IMG/VR virus record: IMGVR_UViG_3300018875_000062
Coordinates: 5,730-69,729 of that record
Length of the DNA: 64,000 nt
Origin: a virus
Reading direction: 5' to 3' (one strand)
Shown here one piece after another: positions 1-10,001 of the stretch. A program made the translations under genes and the position numbers. Every line of letters starts with the position of its first letter. Positions within the stretch are counted from its first letter, which is position 1. A model generated the notes under the pieces. The model had not been told where the DNA came from. It was given only the letters and a program-made list of their open reading frames with translations, and searched no databases.

Positions 1-515
1 GGGCTGTGGTGGTTGGCCCGTATCCGTCTGAAGCCCCAGCCATTCAGCGTGACGACTTCAACGGCATTCGACACTCCTACAAAATCACGACTGGCCAGAC
101 GGGCTCGTAGTTCGTCCCTCGCTGCACGAGTGAACGTCACGACCAGAAAGCGTCCCTTTCCGTCTGCTCGATTATGAAGTTCAGCGCATCGCCAGAGGAG
201 CGATTGGGTTTTGCCGCTTCCTGCTGGCGCCAAGAGGCGAAGGTTTCCAGCTGGAGCTTTACAGAAACGCAGTTGGTATTCGTCAAGCTGCTGGTGAGAA
301 ACCTCGCTCCCCGCCACATTGTAACCAGTACTGCTCACAGCGCCCGCCCCACTTGACCATTATATTAGACGAAATCTTCTCTAGAAATCCTGATTTGTTT
401 CAGCACCTATCTCAACCACGAAGTTTCACGATCTCCTCGTTCGTGCTGGCTGGCTGGTGCCTCTCACCCGGAGACGCTTACCCTTGAAAGGCTAACCGCA
501 ACGCAATGATCGGTG

Positions 516-1718
516 TCACTCTTTGGCGAATCTGACCAACGCCGCCGTTTTGGGGTCATAGATGTACCCCGTGATCGTACCGTCCTTGATCCGATCGACC
601 GCCTCATCGATCACGAAGAGCGGAACGAGGAACCACTCACGCGGTACCACCGGCTGCCCGAAGCGATCCTTGATTTCGATGTCGAGCCGCGCTGCGCCGA
701 AGATCCGGTGAATGAGATTCTCAAGCCTGGTGCGGCTGATGTTGTAGAGCTCATAGGTCGCGGCGATCTCCACGTCGGCCATGAGGAAGGTCGGGTCGAG
801 CTTGGCGTTCGCCAACCGACGCTCCAAATCGCCTCCCGTCACCCCGATCTTATGAAGAACGTCGCGGTTGGCTGCGACGACGGGATGGTCGGACTTGCTG
901 CGCAGAACGTAGATCGTGCCGCTCGCTTCGTCACCGTTGCCCGTTTGGTCGGCGAAAAGCGGCCCCGCAGTCGGGTCTGTGATGCGCCTTCCAGACTCGT
1001 CCTTGTAGAGAGCTCTTTGCAATGAACGTAAAAGCAGGTTGCTTTCGGTTCCGTTCGAGTAGATCACTCGAAGCCGGGCGTCGAACTCGCCATTCGGCGC
1101 TTTGAACGTCTCACCAACCTCAGCCACGTAAGCCATCTGACCGCCCAGGATGAAGAGGTTCCCCTGGACGATATCCGCCTTGAGGAAGCCTGCGTCCTTG
1201 ACGAACGGGCGGGTGGCTCGGATACCGGTATCCAGCTCCTTCTGGACCTGCTTGAACAAGGGCTCGAATCGCTCGAAGTCTTCGCACCTCTGACGATTGG
1301 CAACTTCCTCCGCTGCACGCTTTTCGACGCTCGGACGAACATGCTTCAGCTCAGTGATATTCGAGCCGCCCGCGATATCACTAAGCTCGGCGAGAAGCTC
1401 ATCCTCGTCCATGGTTTCGGCGCTGGCGGTTGATGCCGCCTCAGCGCCGACAAGCAAACCCTGATGGTCGAGGGGCTTCAAAAGCGTTCGGCACTCCTCC
1501 AGCTCCCGCATGCGGTCAAGGCGCACGGCGTAGAGCCTTTCGAAAATGTCCCCATCTTCGCTGTGCGAGGGCAGGCGGCCGTGCTGCTCGACAAAGCGCT
1601 GCACCTCCTCGAACCCAGCGATGATGCGCTCCTCCCGGGGAGAGCGCCCGCCCTTCTTCGCCGGCTGGGCGAAATCGTCCAGTTCGGCGCGAAGGTCATC
1701 GAGATCGAAATCACTCAT
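516..1718 (-). CDS. GIY-YIG / T5orf172 nuclease domain protein (YeeC-like)
   Basis: C-terminal GTIYVLRS...HKIGVTG..RR...LENLIH..F...REWF motif. ATG at 1718 overlaps the stop of the upstream helicase. Confidence 0.85.
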   Translation of the reverse strand: MSDFDLDDLRAELDDFAQPAKKGGRSPREERIIAGFEEVQRFVEQHGRLPSHSEDGDIFERLYAVRLDRMRELEECRTLLKPLDHQGLLVGAEAASTASAETMDEDELLAELSDIAGGSNITELKHVRPSVEKRAAEEVANRQRCEDFERFEPLFKQVQKELDTGIRATRPFVKDAGFLKADIVQGNLFILGGQMAYVAEVGETFKAPNGEFDARLRVIYSNGTESNLLLRSLQRALYKDESGRRITDPTAGPLFADQTGNGDEASGTIYVLRSKSDHPVVAANRDVLHKIGVTGGDLERRLANAKLDPTFLMADVEIAATYELYNISRTRLENLIHRIFGAARLDIEIKDRFGQPVVPREWFLVPLFVIDEAVDRIKDGTITGYIYDPKTAALVRFAKE

Positions 1719-3765
1719 AACGGCCCTCATCCTTGAACCGCACGAAGGCAGCAGCACCCTCGGCCATGCGCTTCTCCCAGGCATCGGTCGAGGTGATGGA
1801 CGGCAGCCGCCCCCGCTCCTTCTTGAAACGGACCGCACGCATCGCCAGCTCCTTCGCCTCCTCCGGAGAAAGGCTCGTCCGCTTGCCGGCGATGATCGCC
1901 GCAACCTGCTTGAGGCTGTCCTCGCTCATCGTCTTGGCAAGAATGGCATAAGCCTCGCCGAAGGGATTGATCCGGTCGATCAGGTCGATATCGAGTTCGC
2001 GCACGCTCAGGGCGAACTGGCGGACGCCATCGATGAGGGCCGTGTTCCCGCCCGTCTCGGGGTCGGTCCTACCCAACGCGGTTTCCTTGGCCTTCTGGGT
2101 CAGATTGAGGGCGGCGATGGCATGCTGCCTGACTGCCTCTTGGTCCTCGCTGTCCAGTTCGGGGTACTTGTCCTTGATGATCTTTCCTAACCGCAGCTGA
2201 GTCAGCTCCTCGGGCACGAGCTCCGGGTCGAACAGGCCGCGCTCGATGGCGCTCTTTTCCTGCACGAAGGCGGCGATCACCTCGTTGAGGTCCTCACGGC
2301 AGATGCGCGCGGCTTCCGGGCTTTTGGGTTCGGCAAGGCCCTTGATCTCGATCTGGAACTGGCCGCTTGCCTCGTTGAAGCCGACATTGCACTTGTCCGG
2401 GTCATAGCCACCCTCACCATAGTCGAAGCCAGGGGTGGGCCCGCTGTTCGGCTGCTTGGGCTTGAACTCGAAGCGCGGTGCCAGAACCTGCTCCATGAGA
2501 AGGCTCGCCGCGATGGCCTTGAGGGTGTCGTTCACCGCCTCCGTGACGGCCTGTTCGGATGCATCCGGCTCCGCGATCAAGTTGGTGAAGCGGGCGCGGG
2601 TCTTGCCCGGCGCGTCGCGGGTGGCGCGACCGATGATCTGCACGATCTCAGTCAGGCTTGAGCGATAGCCAACCGTCAATGCATGCTCGCACCAGATCCA
2701 GTCGAAGCCCTCCTTGGCCATGCCAAGCGCGATGATGATGTCGACATGGTCCCGGTTGTTCTTCTGCGCCGGGTCTTTCAGCGCGGCGGAGACCCGCTCG
2801 CGCTTGGCGGGCTCGTCATCGACCAGATCGGCGATCCTGAGCACACGGCCCTCCGGCGTCTTCACCAGCTGGAAGCCGGTCGCTGGGTCAGTACCCTGCC
2901 ACTCGCCTAGCGCCTCGATGATGTGCTCGACCTCCCGGATCTTGTCTTTCGTGCTCTCGCGGGAATTGACGTTAGGGATATGGACGATCGTCTTCTCGGC
3001 CGGGTCCAAAACCTTAAGGATGTCGTCGGCGTAGGAGCCGGAGTAGAAGAAATAGCCGATATCGAGCTGCTTCAGGTGCTCGTAGCCGTTCAGCTGCTCG
3101 TAATAGGTGTAGGTGACGGTGTCGAACTTCGCCTCGTCCTGCGGGGCTAGAACCGCCTCGGCATCGCCCCGGAAGTAGGATCCCGTCATCGCCACGATAT
3201 GCACGCGGTCGCGGGCGATGAACTGGCCGAGGTGCGTCCCGAGCTTGTTGTCCGGGTTGGCCGAGACATGGTGGAACTCGTCCACGGCGATCAGCCGGTC
3301 GTCGAAAGCCTCGATCCCGAATTTGTCGACCGCGAAGCGGAAGGTGGCGTGGGTGCAGACCAGCACCTTGTCCTGGCTTTCGAGGAATGCGCCGACCGCA
3401 TTGACCTTGCCGCCGTTGTCGCCGCCGGGGGCATCGCAGAGGTTCCATTTCGGGGCGACTTTCCAGTCCGCCCAGAATCCGAACCTGGTCAGCGGCTCGT
3501 CGTGGAAGCTGGAGCCGATGGATTTTTCCGGAACCACGATGATCGCCTGCTTGAGCCCCTGGTTGTGGAGCTTGTCAAGGGCGATGAACATGAGCGCGCG
3601 GCTCTTGCCTGAAGCAGGAGGCGACTTGATCAGAAGATACTGCTCTCCGCGCTTCTCATAGGCGCGCTCCTGCATCGGCCGCATGCCGAGCTCGTTCGCC
3701 TTGGCCGAGCGGCCGTTGTGAGCATAAGCGACCGAGACGGAGGGGGCTTTCTTATGATCGGTCAT
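1711..3765 (-). CDS. SF2 DEAD/DEAH-box helicase (YeeB-like)
   Basis: Walker A SPPASGKS, DEFHH, MTGS, EGFD, QIIGRATR. Confidence 0.9.
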   Translation of the reverse strand: MTDHKKAPSVSVAYAHNGRSAKANELGMRPMQERAYEKRGEQYLLIKSPPASGKSRALMFIALDKLHNQGLKQAIIVVPEKSIGSSFHDEPLTRFGFWADWKVAPKWNLCDAPGGDNGGKVNAVGAFLESQDKVLVCTHATFRFAVDKFGIEAFDDRLIAVDEFHHVSANPDNKLGTHLGQFIARDRVHIVAMTGSYFRGDAEAVLAPQDEAKFDTVTYTYYEQLNGYEHLKQLDIGYFFYSGSYADDILKVLDPAEKTIVHIPNVNSRESTKDKIREVEHIIEALGEWQGTDPATGFQLVKTPEGRVLRIADLVDDEPAKRERVSAALKDPAQKNNRDHVDIIIALGMAKEGFDWIWCEHALTVGYRSSLTEIVQIIGRATRDAPGKTRARFTNLIAEPDASEQAVTEAVNDTLKAIAASLLMEQVLAPRFEFKPKQPNSGPTPGFDYGEGGYDPDKCNVGFNEASGQFQIEIKGLAEPKSPEAARICREDLNEVIAAFVQEKSAIERGLFDPELVPEELTQLRLGKIIKDKYPELDSEDQEAVRQHAIAALNLTQKAKETALGRTDPETGGNTALIDGVRQFALSVRELDIDLIDRINPFGEAYAILAKTMSEDSLKQVAAIIAGKRTSLSPEEAKELAMRAVRFKKERGRLPSITSTDAWEKRMAEGAAAFVRFKDEGRYE

Positions 3766-3974
3766 GCGCGGCGCTCCTCGGCAAAGTGTTTCTCGAAGGC
3801 CTTCACGCTGCCATAGGTCTCGGCTACGCGGGTCTGGACTTTGCGCATCATGTCGGATCCGCGTTCGGGCCAGCCATGGTGTTCGAACATGGCAGCGAAG
3901 CCGCCGAATTTACCCTGAGCGATCTCGGCGATGATCTTTGCATCACCCCCAGGCTTGTATGTGTTTGCTTTCAC
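3762..3974 (-). CDS. Small hypothetical protein in yeeA-yeeB operon
   Basis: 70 aa ORF with 4-bp start/stop overlaps with both neighbours. Confidence 0.7.
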   Translation of the reverse strand: MKANTYKPGGDAKIIAEIAQGKFGGFAAMFEHHGWPERGSDMMRKVQTRVAETYGSVKAFEKHFAEERRA

Positions 3975-6751
3975 GCGTTTGCCCCCACCTTGCGCTTTCC
4001 GGCAGCTCCCTGTCCTGCCCTCATCTTCGTGTAGAGTTCGAATAGCTTCTCCAGCCGCTCCGTATCGTTGCGGAACCGGCGGCCGATATAGATGCGCTCC
4101 AGTACTTCATCGTTGCGCTCATGCGCCTCCCGAAGATCAGCGGGCATGTTGCTGGGATTGTAAAGTTCGGCGATCGTTGCAGGGAAATGCGCCTCGCGCG
4201 CCAAGAGGATGTCCTCAGCGGAGCGAGTCAGATCGGCCTTGTTCTTCTCGGTGAGCGAAGGAACGGGGAATGTGTTCCAGCAAAGTGTATTCGTAAACCG
4301 ATAGTCCGTTCTCATTCGCGCGCAGACAGCAGCGACCCAAGAGTGCATCATACGAGATACGACGATGCCCAACACCCATAGTTCGGAGCACGGCATGCCG
4401 AATGCTAGGTTTGAAATAGCGGTTCCGGCCTGTAGCAATCCTGCAGGCAGGTAATCGCGATTTTCGGAGCTAGTAACAGGCACACAGATTAGTGGCACCT
4501 TGGGTAGTGGTTTACGCTCGTCGAACCGATACGCCCAGGCGGCTGCTTTCACCGTGGCCGCTTTAGAGCTTTCTAGCCGAAATTCTTTAACCCGCGCCAC
4601 TCGGCTAGAGATGCTCGGGACTGCGAGGGCGTCATCGACACTTTGATCCTCTATCCAAAGGCAGTATCTGTTCGTCCCCCTTATCAACTCTATCGAGCCG
4701 ACGAACGGACGAATGAATCTTCGGATCTGATCCTCTGTTAGGCCCAATTGCCCTACTTCGCTGCCTTCCAGCAGAAGGTGGCCGCCATCCGTGGGAGAGT
4801 TTCCACGATCAAATTCAGGAAGTCCCGAAATCTGGCTCCGCCGTGGTTCAACAATCGTGTTAGTGCCAGGGATCAAATACGCGTTGATTGCAGGCACCTC
4901 ACGAACGACGCTTAATCCATTGTCATCAATTTCAAATAGCTTCTTGCTTCCATGAAACGCGGCGGCAAAGCCAACGATCACAACCGTGACACCGGCATTG
5001 TGACTCGCGAGGTTCTTCCAGTTAAAGGAAGTATGAGCAAATATTATCTCATACCCGGCTTGAAACAGCATCGGCCACAGAATCGCGGCTTGCTGCCCTT
5101 GACAGATTGAATTTGTCGCAACGAATGCTGTAGCTGACTTAGTGTGCCGCCCGTAAATAGCTGCTTTCATAAACCAGCCCGCCACATAGTCTAACGACTT
5201 CCAGTTCGCGGTGCTCTGGCTAAATATTGCCTCCAAGTCGGATTTTTGTTCTTGGGTCTGACGTTTACTGCCTAGGTAGGGCGGATTCCCACAGATGTAG
5301 GTCTCGCCACCTTCATTGTCGAAATCGATCTGCGCCTGTTCTAGCGGCGTGCTAAACAGATCATCAGCCTGGAATTTAACTCCCTTCCCCGTCGGCGGGC
5401 AGATGCTCAGCCAGTCGAGGCGCAGGGCGTTACCACAGGTAATCCAGTTCTGAGCATCCAGAGGCAGAAACTCGGCTAAAGCCTCCTTCTGACCTCGATA
5501 GAGCACATCGCACTGATACTCTGCAATGATGAGGGCCAGGCGCGCGATCTCGGCCGGGAAATCGCGCAGCTCGATGCCCCTAAAGTTGGTGAGCGGGATT
5601 TCTGTGCGCCGGTCTGGCTCGCCGCGTCGCTTGTTGATCTCGGCCTCGATAGCCCGCATCTCCTTGTAGGCGATAACCAAGAAGTTGCCCGAGCCGCAGG
5701 CCGGGTCGAAGACTCTGATCTTCGCCATGCGATTGCGCAGGTTCAGGAGCTTGCGCGGGTTGTCCCCCGCCTCTTCCAGCTTCTCGCGCAGGTCGTCGAG
5801 GAAGAGCGGGTTCAGCACCTTCAGGATGTTCGGCACGCTGGTGTAGTGCATGCCGAGCGCGCCGCGCTCATCATCGTCGGCGACCGCCTGGATCATCGAG
5901 CCGAAGATGTCCGGGTTGATCTTCCTCCAATCGAGGTTGCCGATGTGCAGCAGGTAGGAACGGGCGATTCGGCTGAAGCGCGGCACATCCGTACTGCCGG
6001 AGAACAAGCCGCCGTTCACATAGGGAAACGCATCGGCCCACCGGGGCATGCTGGCCGCCGCCCGGTCGGCGATCTTCATGTTCATGGCGCGGAAGATCGT
6101 GCTGATCACCTCATGAGTGTTCGACGAGTCCTTCGCGCTCATTTGCTCGATGGTCGCCGTGAACAGGCGGTTGCCGACGAAGATGTCGGTATCCTCGGCG
6201 AAGAAGCAGAAGATCAGCCGCGCCATGAAGTGGTTCATGTCGGGGCGGCGCTGTGCGGTTCCCCAGTCGGGGTTGTCCTTCAGCAGTTCGACATAGAGGC
6301 GGTTCAGGCGGCCTGTCGCCTTGATGTCGAAGGAGCTTTCCCGGATCTGCCTGACGGTCGTGATCCCGGCCAGGGGCAGGAAGAAGCCGAAATGGTCCGG
6401 AAAGTCCCGATAGGCGCAGGCCACCGTCTCGCCGCTTGTCAGGTCCTCGGCCTCGAAATCCTCGCCATCGGTCGCCAGGACGAACCGTGCCTTCGCCCTG
6501 GCCGTGGCCGGGCTCGCCTTCAGGGCGGCCAGGGTCTTCGTCACCTCCCCGGAGGGGCAGACGGCGATATGAATGTTGTTCGTCTGGAGGACGCCGCCCA
6601 GGTCGGACTTGTTGGATGCGCCGGTGCGCAGCCGCTTGATCGTCGTTTCCTTGTTCCCGAACGCCTGGAGAAAGGCGAACGGAAATTCAGCGGGGTCGAA
6701 TGGCTGCTCGGAAAGATCCGAGATGGCTTCTTCGATCTCAACGGCGTTCAT
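3971..6751 (-). CDS. MmeI/YeeA-family (type IIL-like) N6-adenine DNA methyltransferase
   Basis: GMHYTS, DPACGSGNFL, GNPPY, C-terminal TRD and RLEKLFELY. Start MNAVEIEE at 6751. Confidence 0.92.
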   Translation of the reverse strand: MNAVEIEEAISDLSEQPFDPAEFPFAFLQAFGNKETTIKRLRTGASNKSDLGGVLQTNNIHIAVCPSGEVTKTLAALKASPATARAKARFVLATDGEDFEAEDLTSGETVACAYRDFPDHFGFFLPLAGITTVRQIRESSFDIKATGRLNRLYVELLKDNPDWGTAQRRPDMNHFMARLIFCFFAEDTDIFVGNRLFTATIEQMSAKDSSNTHEVISTIFRAMNMKIADRAAASMPRWADAFPYVNGGLFSGSTDVPRFSRIARSYLLHIGNLDWRKINPDIFGSMIQAVADDDERGALGMHYTSVPNILKVLNPLFLDDLREKLEEAGDNPRKLLNLRNRMAKIRVFDPACGSGNFLVIAYKEMRAIEAEINKRRGEPDRRTEIPLTNFRGIELRDFPAEIARLALIIAEYQCDVLYRGQKEALAEFLPLDAQNWITCGNALRLDWLSICPPTGKGVKFQADDLFSTPLEQAQIDFDNEGGETYICGNPPYLGSKRQTQEQKSDLEAIFSQSTANWKSLDYVAGWFMKAAIYGRHTKSATAFVATNSICQGQQAAILWPMLFQAGYEIIFAHTSFNWKNLASHNAGVTVVIVGFAAAFHGSKKLFEIDDNGLSVVREVPAINAYLIPGTNTIVEPRRSQISGLPEFDRGNSPTDGGHLLLEGSEVGQLGLTEDQIRRFIRPFVGSIELIRGTNRYCLWIEDQSVDDALAVPSISSRVARVKEFRLESSKAATVKAAAWAYRFDERKPLPKVPLICVPVTSSENRDYLPAGLLQAGTAISNLAFGMPCSELWVLGIVVSRMMHSWVAAVCARMRTDYRFTNTLCWNTFPVPSLTEKNKADLTRSAEDILLAREAHFPATIAELYNPSNMPADLREAHERNDEVLERIYIGRRFRNDTERLEKLFELYTKMRAGQGAAGKRKVGANA

Positions 6752-6953
6752 GGAGCCCCTTCCCCAATCCGTTCCGGATGTTTCTTGCGCCTCCCGCACA
6801 GCCGCTCAGGGAGCCGCCGGCTACCCGATGTGCCGCTGGGCGATGCCTGTTCTGTCTCCCGAAGGATGGGCCCCCGTCAAGAGTGCGACAACCTGTCCAT
6901 GGCTGGGTAGGCTGGGCCCCGGCTCGCTGCCCCAGCCTCTGGTGGAAACGCCC

Positions 6954-9197
6954 TTACCCGAACCGCGACTTCACGTAATCCGTCACGGAGTTGCCGGACA
7001 GTTCCATGGTTGCATTGGCGCCACGGACAAAGAACCGGTGAACGGATCCGTCCTTGACGAAGGCAGGTTTGGGGCCCTTCTCGCAGCGCACCACCATAAC
7101 CCGCTCTCCATCCTCATCCTCGAAGTGAGGATGGACATAGGGCAGGAAGATCTCGCCGACGCGGTCCTTGAGCAGGTTCACCAGATGCAGGCCCATCTTG
7201 TCCTCGTTGGGGAAGCCGTCCGCCGAGAGCCCGAGAACCTTCCCGTCATCCGCCACGCCGATCACCAGCGTTCCGCCACGTGCATTCAGGAAACCTGTGA
7301 TGGTCTTGAGCGCGGCCAGATGCATCTTCTCGTCCGGCTGGCCCGTGTGCAGGTTCGTGCGCAAGGTCGACTTGAACTCGATGCTCTCGCCCTCCCCCGC
7401 GGCAAGGAGATCGGCGACGGAAACGGCGGACGGCGCGGGCGCAGGCGTCTGCCCGCAGAGCTGCCGGTAGGCCTCCCGCACCAGATGCGCCATGCGCACC
7501 CGACGCTCCTTCAAGAACTCCTCATAGGGCAGCTCCCACCAGAGGGGCGGCAGGGCGTGCCATTTGTACATGGTCTCCCGCTCCTGGGGCGAAAGGGCAG
7601 CGTCCAATGCCGGCGCGTAGTCCATGGGAGCCTTGTCGCTGATCTTCAGGTTGTCAGGCCATTCGACAACCGCGAAGTTCGCGATCTGGTTGACCTGCCG
7701 GTGCTCGGTGATGCCGAGCTTGGACAGGTAGGCGCGTGGAAAGAGATGGTGCTGCTCGAAGGTGGCCTTCGAGCCGTTGATCGCAGGGTTGACCATGTCC
7801 GCGATCTTGAGCGGGCTGTAGAGAGCGCGGGCACCTAGAAGGATCAGCGAAGCCTGATAGGCGAAGCGCGAGGGGCTTTGGGCCGCGGAGGTCGCAAGGC
7901 TCGAAGGCAGCGAGATATCCCAATAGTCCTTCGTCAGAGCCGTCGCGCACATCTGACGCAGTTTCGCCAGATACTCATCGCCGCTCTTCAGGTCGCGCAG
8001 CTGCGCGATGTCGAACTCGAATGCGGTTTCGGGCGAGCTCGTGTAACGCCGTGTGAGCGAGGTCATGAAGAAGAATTCGGCGATGGCCTGCCGCATGATC
8101 TGCTTGTCGATGCCGTGATCGACAATGCCGATCAAGTAGAGGACATATGAATAAATAATCGCCGTTTCCGACGTGATCATGCCCTCGTGGCGGTAGCCCG
8201 CCAGTGCCAGCGCGCTCAAGTAGTGGTGCCAATTCGCCAGGTTGACGACGCGGCTTTGCGCCAGCTTCAGGAGCTCGAACTGCGCATCCCGCTTCTGAGG
8301 ATCGACCTCGCCCGTCACCGCGTCGCGACCTCTGAGCACGCTGTAGACGTTTTCAAGGCGTGCACGCTTCAGTCCCAGGCCAACACCCACTCGCAGAAGC
8401 TGATCCGGAGACGGCTTGATGAAATGGTTGAAGGGCGAGGGACCGCCCGCACTGGGTCGCGTCGCTTCGCCCGCGAACCGCTCCAGCTCCGCCCGTCCCT
8501 CGTCCCAGAAGACGGACATGAGGGTCATGATGAAGTCGGCTTGGTTGAGCTTCTTGCCCTCGCCGTTGATGCGCACGAACACGTCGGCGACGGCCTCGGC
8601 GTCAAGGGTCGAGCTCAAGGTCAAAGCCGTGAAGGTATATTGCGGAAGGTTATGCAGCTTGCCTATGGCCGCCTGCGCGCGGCTGATCTCCTCGGGCGTC
8701 AGATCCCGAACCTGCTTTAGACCCTCGAGATAGCGCATGGCTACATCGAAGACCGTCACGCCCGGCTGCCACAACTCGGAAATGTCGGGGATATAGGCCT
8801 TGTCCTTGACGATGGACGCATCGGTCACATCGAAGCGGGCCTGCAGAGGATTGAAGGCTATCCGGATGCGCTCCTTCTTGAAGTTCGACCGCACCACCTC
8901 CTTGCCTTTAAGCACGGCATAGAGCGAGGTCAGCCGCTGCTGGCCATCGACGATCGCCAGCGATGGGGCACGCTGGTGCTCCTTGGTGCCGATGGTCTTG
9001 TTGCCGGCGTCCGCTCCCGTTTCCCAGAACAGCAGGTAGCCAACAGGATAACCACGATAGAGCGAGTCGAAGAGGTTGCGGACATTGACGTTAGGCCAGA
9101 CGAAGGGCCGCTGGATCTCCGGAAGCCCGATTTTGCCTAAGTCGATATCCTCGACGAGCGAGACAAGCGGAAATGCCGTCGTTGTAAACAGTGCCAC
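6954..9197 (-). CDS. GmrSD (DUF262 + DUF1524 HNH) type IV restriction protein fused to C-terminal Schlafen/AlbA_2 domain
   Basis: QRPFVW, DGQQRLTS, FVRIN (DUF262). EQHHLFP...NQIANF...N (HNH). GEGESIEFKS...FLNARGGTLVIGVADDG (AlbA_2). Confidence 0.85.
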   Translation of the reverse strand: MALFTTTAFPLVSLVEDIDLGKIGLPEIQRPFVWPNVNVRNLFDSLYRGYPVGYLLFWETGADAGNKTIGTKEHQRAPSLAIVDGQQRLTSLYAVLKGKEVVRSNFKKERIRIAFNPLQARFDVTDASIVKDKAYIPDISELWQPGVTVFDVAMRYLEGLKQVRDLTPEEISRAQAAIGKLHNLPQYTFTALTLSSTLDAEAVADVFVRINGEGKKLNQADFIMTLMSVFWDEGRAELERFAGEATRPSAGGPSPFNHFIKPSPDQLLRVGVGLGLKRARLENVYSVLRGRDAVTGEVDPQKRDAQFELLKLAQSRVVNLANWHHYLSALALAGYRHEGMITSETAIIYSYVLYLIGIVDHGIDKQIMRQAIAEFFFMTSLTRRYTSSPETAFEFDIAQLRDLKSGDEYLAKLRQMCATALTKDYWDISLPSSLATSAAQSPSRFAYQASLILLGARALYSPLKIADMVNPAINGSKATFEQHHLFPRAYLSKLGITEHRQVNQIANFAVVEWPDNLKISDKAPMDYAPALDAALSPQERETMYKWHALPPLWWELPYEEFLKERRVRMAHLVREAYRQLCGQTPAPAPSAVSVADLLAAGEGESIEFKSTLRTNLHTGQPDEKMHLAALKTITGFLNARGGTLVIGVADDGKVLGLSADGFPNEDKMGLHLVNLLKDRVGEIFLPYVHPHFEDEDGERVMVVRCEKGPKPAFVKDGSVHRFFVRGANATMELSGNSVTDYVKSRFG

Positions 9198-9467
9198 GAT
9201 TCACCCCCCGGTTAGGTGGCAATCTGTCCTGTCCCTTTTGATCGCACAAGAACCGCAACCTGCGGCAGATGAAATTTCCTGCTTAAGTTGCATTCAGGCG
9301 ACAAGAGCTGGTCGCCTCACCGCCGAACTGGTTACCTCCGCGCAACATAAACAGCATCAATATTTTTCATTAATTCCATGATTACTTGACGTATTTCTGC
9401 AGAAATTACTATATAAACTTATGCAAATGCAACGTAAATGAGCCCATATAGCTATTTCTTATCTGTT

Positions 9468-9932
9468 TTATTTGGCGCTACATTGTATGGCGCTGCCGCC
9501 TTTCTCTTCTGACAGAGAGGCGCGAAGGAATTCTTGGAGCTTAATCGCAAGGGCATCGACATCCTTGGTCTCGCACTCCCAGACAACTAGTACGGACCAA
9601 CCCTTGGCCTTTAGGGCATTCACGGCCTCCTCGTCTCGCTCGATGTTCCGTTTGAATTTAGCATGCCAATACGCCGCTCGGGTCTTCGGTGTGGTTGTCC
9701 GGGAGCAGCCGTCATGACGGTGCCAGAAGCAGCCATGCACGAAGACCGCCTTTCGCAGGCGCGGGAAGATCAGATCCGGCGAGCCCGGCAGATCACGGCG
9801 ATGCAAACGGAACCGATAGCCGAGGCGGTGAACCAAACTCCTGACAACGAGTTCGGGTTTCGTGTTCTTCCCACGGACACGCGACATAAGTGCCGAACGT
9901 TCAGCACTGGGAGGGGGATCGCGCTCTTTCAT
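9468..9932 (-). CDS. vsr: Very-short-patch repair endonuclease
   Basis: RSALMSRVRGKNTKPE, LPGSPD, FVHGCFWHRH, VVWECE. Confidence 0.95.
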   Translation of the reverse strand: MKERDPPPSAERSALMSRVRGKNTKPELVVRSLVHRLGYRFRLHRRDLPGSPDLIFPRLRKAVFVHGCFWHRHDGCSRTTTPKTRAAYWHAKFKRNIERDEEAVNALKAKGWSVLVVWECETKDVDALAIKLQEFLRASLSEEKGGSAIQCSAK

Positions 9933-10001
9933 ACCGATTTTCAGACATAGTAGTTGGCCATGCAGGATGGTAGAACCTCAAGCAGAGTTAGAGCGGTAGG
10001 G

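Noticed and set aside
1719-1904. Extended N-terminus of the GIY-YIG gene
   Set aside because: Arg-rich alternative frame inside the helicase gene. The coupled ATG at 1718 is more plausible
5846-7838. Long plus-strand ORFs (354 and 421 aa)
   Set aside because: Antisense shadows of motif-bearing minus-strand genes in GC-rich DNA
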